Below, piece after piece: positions 1 to 10,400 of a DNA stretch of 64,000 nt. Each line of letters opens with the position of its first letter. The stretch's first letter is position 1. The notes under the pieces are model-generated. The model was given only the letters and a program-made list of their open reading frames with translations, was not told the DNA's origin and did no database searches. The translations under genes and the position numbers were made by a program. The DNA lies in NCBI GenBank assembly GCA_964429215.1, contig CAYSAY010000004.1, positions 8,421-72,420 on the forward strand, read 5' to 3'. This stretch comes from an uncultured Gammaproteobacteria bacterium. Its GTDB lineage: Bacteria; Patescibacteriota; Microgenomatia; UBA8517.

Positions 1-1
1 T

Positions 2-202
2 ATGGTTGAAAAAAGAAGTTTATTAAGTAAAGAAGAATATCTAAAAAAATGTATTAAATGTCTAGAAGATTGGCCTCTTAAATATATACTTAACGGTTTA
101 GGTGAACTTGTTGACAACAAAACAAAGGATTGGATTAAAAAAAGTTTAATTAAAGATACGATTTTTTTATTGAAACTTCAGCAAGCCGAATTCAAGGATT
201 GA
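2..202 (+). CDS. C-terminal fragment of a hypothetical protein (5-prime end outside window)
   Basis: Open frame reaching the left window edge; no recognisable motif. Confidence 0.25.
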   Translation: MVEKRSLLSKEEYLKKCIKCLEDWPLKYILNGLGELVDNKTKDWIKKSLIKDTIFLLKLQQAEFKD

Positions 203-686
203 GGACTGAAGAACTAGAGTTTGATGAATCGGGATTAATTTTAGGTAAAACGACACTATTTTTTTGTGGTGGTATTAAAAAATTTGCAATTCCTGCAAAT
301 ATGTAAAAAATCATAGGGATTACAAGCATTGCTCCTCCATAAGAAATAGCCAGAGTCCAAAGAAGGGGAGTAATTGTTGCTCCGGTTGCAAGTTGTTGAA
401 ATGCATAAATCTCTGCAATAAAGGTTAAAAATGAGGATATACCTAACTTTACAAAATATTGCCTTTCCATTACAGATAAAATTAAAGTAACAGATAACAT
501 AATTGCAACAGAACGTACAATAACTGCAACAAATGTCATCGGGTAAAGCGCAAAATAAGTTTTATCTAAAAAGGTAAGTGGACTAAATATGCCAGTTAAA
601 CTTAGCTTGCCTGCGAAGTAGTCCAAAATATAGGCAAGTAAAAAGAGTAATGCACAAATTACAAATGTTATTTCCTTTTTAATCAT
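192..686 (-). CDS. polytopic membrane protein, unknown function
   Basis: 164-aa ORF made almost entirely of hydrophobic helices. Confidence 0.4.
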   Translation of the reverse strand: MIKKEITFVICALLFLLAYILDYFAGKLSLTGIFSPLTFLDKTYFALYPMTFVAVIVRSVAIMLSVTLILSVMERQYFVKLGISSFLTFIAEIYAFQQLATGATITPLLWTLAISYGGAMLVIPMIFYIFAGIANFLIPPQKNSVVLPKINPDSSNSSSSVLNP

Positions 687-766
687 ATTGTTAGATTCAA
701 TATATATTATGTATAGAACTTTGTCTACTTGACAAATACTATACTAAAAGATATACTTTCAGTATA

Positions 767-1987
767 ATGCGGTTATATAAAAGGAAGGTCTTTAATAAAA
801 TCGAGCCATATATAGGGGATGAAACTGTAATTGTGCTTCATGGTGCTAGACAGGTGGGTAAAACTCACATTTTGTATTATTTGCGTGAGTGGCTAAACAA
901 AAGAGACAAAAAGAATTTTTACTATGATCTTGAATACCCTGAATTATTAGAGTTTTTTAATAAGGGGGTAGATTCACTGATCTCTAAAATTACTGATGAG
1001 GGATATCAAAAAGGCGAAGAATGTTACGTAATGATAGACGAGATACAGTATTTAGATAATCCGAGTTCATTTTTAAAAATTATTGCTGATCATCATAAAA
1101 ATATTCACCTTATTGTTTCTGGTTCATCAACTTTTGAAATAAAATCGAAATTTAAAAATTCATTAGCGGGTAGAACCGTTTCATTCGAAGTCTATCCACT
1201 AGATTTCGAAGAATACATAGAGTTTATTGACGAAAATATAAAAATATCAGATTCGTTGTCTGAAATTACTATAGAAAAATTAAAAGGTTTGTATCTTAAA
1301 TTTATAAAATATGGTGGATATCCTAAAGTTGTGCTTGAAAATAATGAAGAGAAGAAAAAACAGCTATTAGTTCAGTTAATTGATACATATATAAGAAAAG
1401 ACATAAAAGATCTTGCAAATATTAGCGATATTAGAAAATTTAACAATATGTTAAAGGTTTTAGCTTCACAATCGGGGCAATTACTTGATATGCAGTCGTT
1501 ATCTCGTGAAATTGAAATATCTTTAATTACGCTCAAGAAATATATTTCAATACTGGAAGAAACTTATGTTATTAAACTTGTTTCACCATATAGTAAGAGT
1601 GCGAGTGTGGAAATAACTAAAAGTCCAAAGATATTTTTTTACGACAGTGGTCTGCAGTCTATTTTATGGCTGAATAACTTTCAAGATGTTGTGTTGGGTT
1701 CTGTTTTTGAAACAAATATTTTTGGAGAATTGACAAAAGTATTTGACAGACGTGATATAGCATTTTGGAGAACTAAAACTCACATGGAAATTGATTTTGT
1801 AATTGAAAAAAATATAGACCCATATTTACCAATCGAAGTAAAATTAAATTTTGGCAATTTTAATCAAAGAGCTATAAATACTTTCAATAAAAAATATAAG
1901 TTAAATAATTGGAAATTAATTGGATTAAATGGTCAGAAAACGAATAATAATTATATTTTTCCATGGGAGATTAATAAGCTGGTATAA
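767..1987 (+). CDS. AAA+ ATPase (AAA_14 / DUF4143 family ATP-binding protein)
   Basis: Walker A GARQVGKT, Walker B VMIDEIQY, length and C-terminal region typical of the DUF4143 ATPase family. Confidence 0.8.
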   Translation: MRLYKRKVFNKIEPYIGDETVIVLHGARQVGKTHILYYLREWLNKRDKKNFYYDLEYPELLEFFNKGVDSLISKITDEGYQKGEECYVMIDEIQYLDNPSSFLKIIADHHKNIHLIVSGSSTFEIKSKFKNSLAGRTVSFEVYPLDFEEYIEFIDENIKISDSLSEITIEKLKGLYLKFIKYGGYPKVVLENNEEKKKQLLVQLIDTYIRKDIKDLANISDIRKFNNMLKVLASQSGQLLDMQSLSREIEISLITLKKYISILEETYVIKLVSPYSKSASVEITKSPKIFFYDSGLQSILWLNNFQDVVLGSVFETNIFGELTKVFDRRDIAFWRTKTHMEIDFVIEKNIDPYLPIEVKLNFGNFNQRAINTFNKKYKLNNWKLIGLNGQKTNNNYIFPWEINKLV

Positions 1988-2002
1988 TTAAATTATGTAT
2001 AT

Positions 2003-2824
2003 TTGGCAGGTTGGAATTTTGGCATTACCTCAGCAATTGAAGGAGCTCCTAATATCTCACTTGGTGTAGTTTTGGGGAGTAATATTGCAAACACTGCCTT
2101 AATTGTAGGTTTAGTTGCCTTAATAATAGACAAAATAAATGTTCATGGAGATTATTTGAAGCGTGATGTCTTTGTTGCTTTAGTAGCTGGACTTTTACCT
2201 CTTGGATTAATGGCAGATGGAATTTTAGGTCGCGTAGATGGATTAATTCTTCTTTTTGGGTATGCAACCTACACTGCAGGTTTTTTCAAAGAAAAGTTTT
2301 CAGAAATTACCAATGAACATGATAGAGAAAGCTTTTATTACAAATTTTTACGGGAAATGAACCATATTAATTTTGATGTTACTAAAGAATATGCAAAGTT
2401 ATTCATAAGCCTTGCTTTAATGCTTTTTTCTTCACAGATGATAATTAGTGCATCTCAAGAGTTGGCAGTAGCAATTGGTATCCCTATCTTTGTGGTTGGA
2501 TTGATAATTTTAGCGATAGGGACATCTCTTCCTGAACTTGTATTTTCACTAAAAAGTATAAAAGGGGGAGAGCCAAAAATGTTTTTTGGCAATTTATTAG
2601 GTTCAACTATTGCTAACTCAACATTAATCGTAGGACTAACTACTGTCATTCATCCAATTGAAATAACTTCATTTGCTGACTATAGAAACGCAATCATTGC
2701 TTTTGTGGTTATCTTTTTAACTTTCTGAGTATTCATTAGAACCAAACACAGATTAGATAGGCTAGAGGGCTTAGTTTTAGTAATAATGTACTTAATTTTT
2801 GTCGTGATTGAATTCGAGTTTTAG
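2003..2824 (+). pseudogene. CaCA-family Na+/Ca2+ exchanger remnant (N-terminally truncated, TTG start, in-frame TGA at 2726-2728)
   Basis: Alpha-repeat signatures GITSAIEGAPNISLGVVLGSNIANT and GTSLPELVFS...GNLLGSTIANSTLIVGL. The frame continues after the TGA as VFIRTKHRLDRLEGLVLVIMYLIFVVIEF, which resembles the normal exchanger C-terminus. The first TM helix is missing. Confidence 0.5.
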
Positions 2825-5428
2825 TTAAGCAGTAGTATCTTCAATTAACGCAACTGTCGTTGTATAACCAGTTGAAGTTAAAGTACCAACAGTTGATGCT
2901 GGATAATATTTAGTAAATCCATCTGAAGATTTTCTAACCCTTATATATATCCCTACATTACCTGAATATTCCACATATTCAGTAGCTATACCACTAGCGT
3001 TAGTATCCTCATTCATAAGTTGCACATCTGTATCGTCCCTATAAACTGCAGTTTGTGCATTTACAATTATATTATTATTTTTATCAACAACAGTAATAGT
3101 TACAGGTACAATCTCCAAAGGATACAAATTATCAGTTTGAGAGGCGAGAGTAGAGGTTGTTGCAATTCTTATATAGGTTAGTAAATTTGTTGTCGAAGTT
3201 GTTGCACAAACTATCCTGTATTTTAATTTAAATCCTGTTGAAGCAGATATTGTTTCACCTGATAAATTTGTAGCAGTTAAATCTTTCCATGTTCCACCAT
3301 AACCACCACCTGTATCAATTTGATAATAAATATTATGGTTGCCCCATGTTGGGCCCGATGAATAGGTGACATTTGTTCCTGTAACAATTGGTGCAGTGTT
3401 TGTCAGGGCTGTACATCCTTTAACAAAATATCCTTGTTCAATTATAATTTCATCGTTTATGTTTGGCATATATAAATTTCCTGCAGAAGTAAAAACAGGA
3501 TTACCAGCTACATAAGTAACTAAACTTGTTGTTTCTGTTGTGGGCTCATTCATTGAAAGAACTACTCGCCCAGCGGTATCAGAGGTAAATGCATCCCAAA
3601 AATGAGTTCCATAGACAGATACTTGTCCTGTTGTTGTATTTGTTCCACCACAGTTTTTAATAACAGAGTTTAAATCTGCTACTGTTATGGTGTCTCCCAT
3701 GTCACCATAAACATGTTCATAGGTCATATTTTTGTCAGAGTTAATTGTGGAAATTGCGCCTGTTCTTGTTGGTGTCATATAAATTCTTTGAAGTTTAACT
3801 GTGTCGTTATTTCCTGCTGAAACAAAAATATATGCAGGGTTGTTTGCTGATCCACCCGATAGAGCTGTTGTCCTGCTACCAACGTTTCTAAGTTTAATGT
3901 TTGACGATTGTCCAACATTAAATATTCCTAGGTACGGATGCACATTTGCAATTGTACCTAAAAGCCCAAAAGTTACCCCATCAACTAAAATATTGTCAGA
4001 TGAAGCTAGTATGTAAATTGTATAAATTCCAGTTGTATTTGTGGTACTAACATATCTGTCACAATGGTCGAAGTCGTTTATTGTACAGTCAAATGATGAG
4101 GTGATTTGGAGCGAGGAGTTAAAGGAATAACAGTTATTTAAAGTAATATTACGAGATTGGGTAATCTGAAAACTCATTCCTGTTGATCTCGCAAAAGTGA
4201 TAATTCCACTTTTAGTGTTACTAACTGTAATATCTTTACAATATAAAATTTCAAAAGCATGATCTGTTGTACCTGCTGAAAATCTTTGGAAATCACAATT
4301 TGCTATTGTTCCTCCGGCGAAACAAGAAGTTGCGTTAAAGGTTCGTTGGTCGATTGACTGTGATGTTGAAGTCCCAAAATTATTAATATCTAAAGCAGTT
4401 GCCACCTCAGATAATAACAAATAATCAAAAGTGGAGGAGTTATGCGTACGAATCAAGTATGGCTGGACAAAGCTTAAATACCAATCTGTTGCAAAATATT
4501 CCATATCAATAGCACCGGCTGATGTTGTGACAAAGTCTGGTCTTGTTCCAGCTGTTGCACTTGGAATAGTATTTGTTGCCCTAGCTGCTGTTGTGCATTG
4601 TCTGCCTAAAATGTTTGGTATTCTTACCTTACATCCCGATGCTGGTACATATCCAACTGTCGTTGTTCCATTATGCCCGATTCTAATATTTCCATTTGTT
4701 TCCATGCAGACAAACTTACTTCTTGCATCAGTTCCTAAATTTGTGGTTGTCATTCCACCTGCATATAATGATGGATAATATTCATAAACATTACTACCAG
4801 AAGATGTTTCAATCCAAACACCTGGAACATAGGCAGTAGAACTGCCGTTTGTAGGGATTTGGATAAGTTGGTTTGCAGCACCTGATGTATTAGAAAGATA
4901 GAACCAAGTCCCTCTTGTTTGGAATTTTCCCAACCTCGGGACAGTTATAGCAATCGATTGATCATGAACGACTTCAATCCAACCAGCAACATCAGCCCCA
5001 CCTGCAGTAGCAGCACCAGCACCACTAAATGTTAAAGCTCCAGCACTAAATGTACCACCTGTGACTTCTCTGAGCTTTATAAACCCTGTAGCCCCAATTG
5101 TTGCAGATGGGGTAGCAGTTAAATTTGACCAAAAACCTAAAAAGTAACCTGAAACACCACCCTGACTAACTGTATCTCCTATTGCAGGTGTTCCGCTTCC
5201 ACCTGTAATTGCAAGCCATCGCACACTTGTTGCATCTATATAATATCCTCCACCTAAAGTTGCAGAAATAGTAACAGCACCCAAGCTACCTGTCATTGAA
5301 GCAGGAGAGTTCGCATGCCATCTTGTGTCCGTCCTGACTGTTAGGACCCCACCGTTACATGTCCATGTTTCGCCGGCAGTTCTTGCCGTGCCTCCATCCA
5401 AGAAAGTATCTGTAGTTATTGTGGCCAT
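2825..5428 (-). CDS. 867-aa Thr/Gly/Ser-rich beta-helix-like fibre protein; no signal peptide
   Basis: Composition and repeated short beta-strand motifs. The C-terminal ~80 aa (VQLMNEDT...YIRVRKSS.G.TKY.P.ST.GT.TSTGY) is paralogous to the C-terminus of the 1492-aa protein. Confidence 0.55.
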   Translation of the reverse strand: MATITTDTFLDGGTARTAGETWTCNGGVLTVRTDTRWHANSPASMTGSLGAVTISATLGGGYYIDATSVRWLAITGGSGTPAIGDTVSQGGVSGYFLGFWSNLTATPSATIGATGFIKLREVTGGTFSAGALTFSGAGAATAGGADVAGWIEVVHDQSIAITVPRLGKFQTRGTWFYLSNTSGAANQLIQIPTNGSSTAYVPGVWIETSSGSNVYEYYPSLYAGGMTTTNLGTDARSKFVCMETNGNIRIGHNGTTTVGYVPASGCKVRIPNILGRQCTTAARATNTIPSATAGTRPDFVTTSAGAIDMEYFATDWYLSFVQPYLIRTHNSSTFDYLLLSEVATALDINNFGTSTSQSIDQRTFNATSCFAGGTIANCDFQRFSAGTTDHAFEILYCKDITVSNTKSGIITFARSTGMSFQITQSRNITLNNCYSFNSSLQITSSFDCTINDFDHCDRYVSTTNTTGIYTIYILASSDNILVDGVTFGLLGTIANVHPYLGIFNVGQSSNIKLRNVGSRTTALSGGSANNPAYIFVSAGNNDTVKLQRIYMTPTRTGAISTINSDKNMTYEHVYGDMGDTITVADLNSVIKNCGGTNTTTGQVSVYGTHFWDAFTSDTAGRVVLSMNEPTTETTSLVTYVAGNPVFTSAGNLYMPNINDEIIIEQGYFVKGCTALTNTAPIVTGTNVTYSSGPTWGNHNIYYQIDTGGGYGGTWKDLTATNLSGETISASTGFKLKYRIVCATTSTTNLLTYIRIATTSTLASQTDNLYPLEIVPVTITVVDKNNNIIVNAQTAVYRDDTDVQLMNEDTNASGIATEYVEYSGNVGIYIRVRKSSDGFTKYYPASTVGTLTSTGYTTTVALIEDTTA

Positions 5429-5448
5429 ATTCCTATTTCATTAAAGCA

Positions 5449-5808
5449 TTAGCTTTTGATATTTCTAACTGCTTTTTTAACAAGTTCGTCTAAGTCTAAT
5501 TCGCTTTTGACAATGTATTCAATAGCTCCAATATGCATCTCTTCATCATTGGGTAAGTTTGATGCAACAATTACAGGAATTGTATTCACTCTCTCGTCTG
5601 ATTTAACTTTTCTTAAAAACTCATAGCCATCAATACCAGGAAGTAAAATGTCTAAAATTATTACATTTGGAATCCATTTTTTAAGAAGTTCTAAACCTTC
5701 CTCTGCAGTTCTGACTGCTCTGACTGTAAATTTATATTCTTCAAATTTATATAGCATTGCCTTTGATATAAATTTGTCATCCTCTATAATTAAAACCTTT
5801 TTTTTCAT
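5449..5808 (-). CDS. response regulator, receiver domain only (CheY-like)
   Basis: KVLIIEDD ... ILDILLPGIDG ... receiver-domain motifs; 119 aa with no output domain. Confidence 0.85.
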   Translation of the reverse strand: MKKKVLIIEDDKFISKAMLYKFEEYKFTVRAVRTAEEGLELLKKWIPNVIILDILLPGIDGYEFLRKVKSDERVNTIPVIVASNLPNDEEMHIGAIEYIVKSELDLDELVKKAVRNIKS

Positions 5809-5820
5809 ATGATTAATAAT

Positions 5821-7443
5821 TTATAATAATGGAATTTGAAAGGAAACGGAAGCACCTTTCTTAACTTCATTAAATTTTATATTGCCACCATGAGCTTTAA
5901 TTATTAATTTACAAAGATAAAGCCCAAGTCCAGCGCCTTCAGTATCTTTAATTTTGGAATTTGTTGCCCTTGAAAACTTTTGAAAAAGAGAACCTAATTC
6001 GTTTTTAGGAATACCAATTCCATTATCAGTAATTTTTACTGAAAAATATTTACCTTGTTTAACAAAATCTATGTTTATTATGCTGTTTTGGTGACTGTAT
6101 TTAAATGAGTTATGCAAAAGGTTTAGCATTACCTGTCTCATTAGTTTTTGATCAACTAATACTTTTGAAGGAAAATTACTAGAAACATTTATCATACATT
6201 TTATTTTCTTATTTCTAAAATTTGTTTTAATTTCCTTGATAACACTATTGGTAATCACTATCATTGAAGTTGGTGACGGGTTAATAGGTAAACTGTTTGA
6301 TTCTAGTTTTGAGATACTAAGAAGTGTGCCTATTAATTCAATCATTCTTTTTGCAGATAGGTGAGTATCTTTTAATATTCTTTCTTGTTTTTTTGTTAAA
6401 CTGCCAGCAGACTTAGATAGTAAGATTTCACTAAACCACTTAATTGCTGTAACAGGGGTTCTAATTTGATGTGAAGCCAGAGAAATAAAATCCCTTTTGA
6501 GACTCTCAAGCTCGTTTATTTTTTTGACAGCTTTACCAATTAGAATATTACCTATATTTATTCCCACCCATATTGATATTGTTGCTGTAACAATAAATAA
6601 AATAATACTCATTTTTAAATCACCCAGATAGCTTTTTAGGATAGTTGACTTTTCTTGCCCCACTATTACATATGGTCCACCGTCTGATGTCTCAATCTTT
6701 TTATAATAATATATTCTTAAAATACCATCTGTTCCTGCAGTTTCAAAAACACCTTCGTTGCTAGTTAATTTAACCGAAAGTTGGTCATTAGAAAAGTTTT
6801 TACCTACCCATTTTTCAGGTTCGGGGTTTCGAGTTAGAATTGTTCCAGACCTATCAACTATAAAAACTGTCATTTTTTCGTCGATACCAATATCAGAAAC
6901 TAAATTATTAAGCCAACTAAGATTTAAAGTCGCATATATAATACCTGTAGAAGAGATAGGATAACCAAAATTTATACTGGATTGGTTTGTAATTTTACTT
7001 ATGACATATTCACCGATTGTAAATGAATTTGTTTTTAAAGTTTGGTTAAAAAAATATCGATCAGATAAATTTACTTGACTCTGAGGTGTTATGGCAGAGC
7101 ATTTAACATTTCCCTGTAAGTCTACAACTCCAAAGTTTCCATATCGCTGATATTTTTTGAGTAAATCAGACAGGTAATTAGAACACAATTTTGGAGTTTG
7201 GCGTATCTCAGGAGAGATAGAAAGTGATATTAAAAGCTGTCTTACTCCTTCAACTATCTGTTCGTTTTCTGAAGCTACTAAATAAGTAACATTTTTAAGT
7301 TGATTTACCTTAATTTCCTGTAACCTATTAAATTGCAGATTAAATATATAGGTCAATAAAATTATAAAAGGTATCAAGATTGATAATGTTAGTAAGACAA
7401 TTCGAAGCCGTATGTTTGATAAATCAGTTTTATTTATCTCCAT
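5821..7443 (-). CDS. sensor histidine kinase with periplasmic sensor domain
   Basis: TM helix, ~250-aa extracytoplasmic domain, second TM, H-box FISLASHQIRTPVTAI, G-box GLGLYLCKLIIKAHGG. Confidence 0.85.
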   Translation of the reverse strand: MEINKTDLSNIRLRIVLLTLSILIPFIILLTYIFNLQFNRLQEIKVNQLKNVTYLVASENEQIVEGVRQLLISLSISPEIRQTPKLCSNYLSDLLKKYQRYGNFGVVDLQGNVKCSAITPQSQVNLSDRYFFNQTLKTNSFTIGEYVISKITNQSSINFGYPISSTGIIYATLNLSWLNNLVSDIGIDEKMTVFIVDRSGTILTRNPEPEKWVGKNFSNDQLSVKLTSNEGVFETAGTDGILRIYYYKKIETSDGGPYVIVGQEKSTILKSYLGDLKMSIILFIVTATISIWVGINIGNILIGKAVKKINELESLKRDFISLASHQIRTPVTAIKWFSEILLSKSAGSLTKKQERILKDTHLSAKRMIELIGTLLSISKLESNSLPINPSPTSMIVITNSVIKEIKTNFRNKKIKCMINVSSNFPSKVLVDQKLMRQVMLNLLHNSFKYSHQNSIINIDFVKQGKYFSVKITDNGIGIPKNELGSLFQKFSRATNSKIKDTEGAGLGLYLCKLIIKAHGGNIKFNEVKKGASVSFQIPLL

Positions 7444-7448
7444 TTTGT

Positions 7449-10400
7449 TTAGGCTATAGTATCAGATGGTAAGGTTACAGTAAGTGAATAACCAGTTGAA
7501 GTAATTGTTCCAGTTGTAGAAACTGGAATATATTTTGTTTCTCCTGTTGACGACTTTCTTATTCTTACATAAATTGGGGTACTTACTGTGTAATTAAAAC
7601 TTTGTGTTGCAACACCATTTGAGGCTGTTCCTGTTGTTCCGCCTCCAACACCTGTTGAGGTAAAAGCAACACCTACAGTATTACTTGCAGCTCCGATTAA
7701 AGTAAAATCAGTATCCCCAACATTTACAATTGTATATTTAACTCCGATAACAAATGCTCCTGTTGTTACTGTTTGGGTATCCTCATTCATGAGTTCTACA
7801 TCATCACTTGTTCTGAAGATTGCAACTTGGGCAGTTGGTACAGGGTTTGTACTGGCATCAATTACTGTTACAGTTAGGTTAACAGAATTATTAACAATAG
7901 TCGATGAACCGTTCGACTCTCTGATTGTTGGGACGTCACCACCGTTTGAAACATTAATTGTTATAGCCCCTCCTGAAGCGTTATAGACATCTGCTTTGGC
8001 AGAATATATATAGTGGGTTTCTGAACCTGTTGAAGTTAAATCAACCTTCGGAGTACCTGCAATGGCAAAAGCTTTTGTAGTATGGAATGAAAGCGATGTT
8101 GTTGTCTGAGCGTTTATATAGTACATTGTTCCATCTGTTAACCCCATTGTGACAGAACCTCCTTGATCTTGATAATAAATTGCATCACCGGAAGCATATC
8201 CATGAATTGCGTCAACTGTCACAATATCTGTTCCCGAAACTACTCCAGTCCCAGTATTAAAACTTCTTTTGGCAACTCCACCTCCAGAAAATTGATGATT
8301 ACTAAATGTATAAGTTCCTGTTGCCGATATCCTAATTGAATGTCCAATGTCGCCATCGTGATTGTTTATAAAAGTTAAGTTAGTTAGCCCGTCACCTTCA
8401 GCTGCAGAAGTTATGGCAACCGCTCCTTGATTTGTAGTTGCTCTGGTATCGCGGATGGTTGAAGATGTTATATCTGCACCATTTAATACAATTTCTGAGC
8501 AATTATTAAAGATAAGTGTAGTAAATGTATAAACAGATCTTAAAGTAACTGTTGCACCTACAATAGTGGATCCTGAAAAGTCCCATGTTGCAGACGCTGA
8601 GGCACTAGCATTAAATCTCCAGTAGTAAGGAGTTCCACCAGTAAACAAACAGCTAGTAAATTTAATTGTATCTCCCGATTGACCGTTAAAATCAAAACCT
8701 ACTTGGTCATCATCAACATGCCACTGGGTAGTTTGTGAGGATGAACTTGCGCGAGTAGGGAATTGAAAACCTTTTAGATCACAAATAATATGTAAATCGT
8801 CTCCACCGCCAAATTGTGTTGGATGCCAAATATCTGCAACATCACCATTAACATCCCAAATAGGAAATAGATTTGTTCCATTAACTAAAGCTGCAGCAGC
8901 CTGCTGAAATGTAAGCGGGGAAGCAGAAGTTCCACCAGCTAATATTTGATTACCGGATTTTATTAAAAGTGACCAAGCACAGACAGTCGCTCCGAACGGA
9001 GCAGAGGCTGTTCCTAAAAATGTATCGACACCTTGTGCGCTAAGTGCTCCATGTTTTGCCCAAGCGGTATTTATGGTTTGGGTTGGTTGAATTGCAATTA
9101 CTTTTCTTTTAGCGCTATTTTGGTCGGCCGCATCTTTTGCTCCACATATCCAAGTTTTTCTTGGATTATCTGTTGTAAATATTGTTTTTATTTCAAGTCC
9201 ACAAACACCCCACTGTGCAGATGTTATAGTATCTCCCGGAGTTCTATCTTGTGTTAAGTTTTGGAAACCAGTGTGCATGGCCTGAGCTGGTGTTGCAGCA
9301 GTAGTGTCTGAAAGTTCTGTATAACCTGCAAGTGGCGCTCCAGCATTTGCAGCTCCTACACCGACAGTATAAAAAGAAGCATTATAGGCCGATCCATAAG
9401 CTGCCAGAGTAGTTAAAGGTTGTGCCGAATTACCTGTTGCCACTGTTTGTTGAACCATACCATCGCTTGTTGTTGTATCTACATTATTAAATTCACTTAG
9501 TGACCAAACTGCACCTGTTTGTGTTGTGCCCCCAAAAGCAATATCAAGCGTCCCTGTATAATCGGCGCCGGGTACACAACTCCAAACTGAAACACGATTT
9601 AAGTTGGTATTAAATAAAGTGGTTGAACGGCTGGTAAATGTTGGAGCTCCACCGCCAGTTGCTGTGATCGCGCTGACTGCCGTTGCAGATGTTCCGTGCG
9701 AATTTTCAACAGACATTAAGTATAATTTTCCTGCTTTCATTACTGCAGAGGCAGTTGTATAGCTAGTTGCATCAGTTGATGATGAGTTGGCGAGGATATG
9801 ACGGGGTGTAATACCTGGATTCATAAGTGTGATAGCAGTACCTTTATGCAAATCGTAAAATCCCAAATCGATGAAATCTCGAGGAAGCTGTAATAATAAT
9901 GATGTTAATAAATACCCACTTGACCAGTCGGGAATACCTAAAGTTCTAAGTGAATCATTTAACGAAACAGAGGCAACAAATTCACCACCAGTGTGTTGAA
10001 GAAGGTTGTTGGCTGTACCTGCAACAGGTATTGCTTGGTAAGATAAATGATAAGGATTAAGACCTGAGTCGGCAAGCCCAGTTGAAGCTCCTCTTAAAAG
10101 TGATCTTCCATCTTTAAGTGATTGGTCGAGAATTGGAGCATTGGTTGTCCAAGTAGCAGTAACCCTGCGTCTTATATAGTAGTAACTTGTGCCTTCACTG
10201 TTAATTGCTGTTGTCGCCCAATCTGTTGGTGGAGTAAAAGTAATATGCCCTTGTCCTGTTACTTGCCAAAGGGCAGTCCAGCTGGCAACATTAGGACGTA
10301 CTACAACTGTTAAAGTCGTCCATGCACCATTCCAATATTCCCATACACCTGTTGGTGTACCTCCGGATGTACCTGCACGAGAAATATCAAAACAAGCTGA

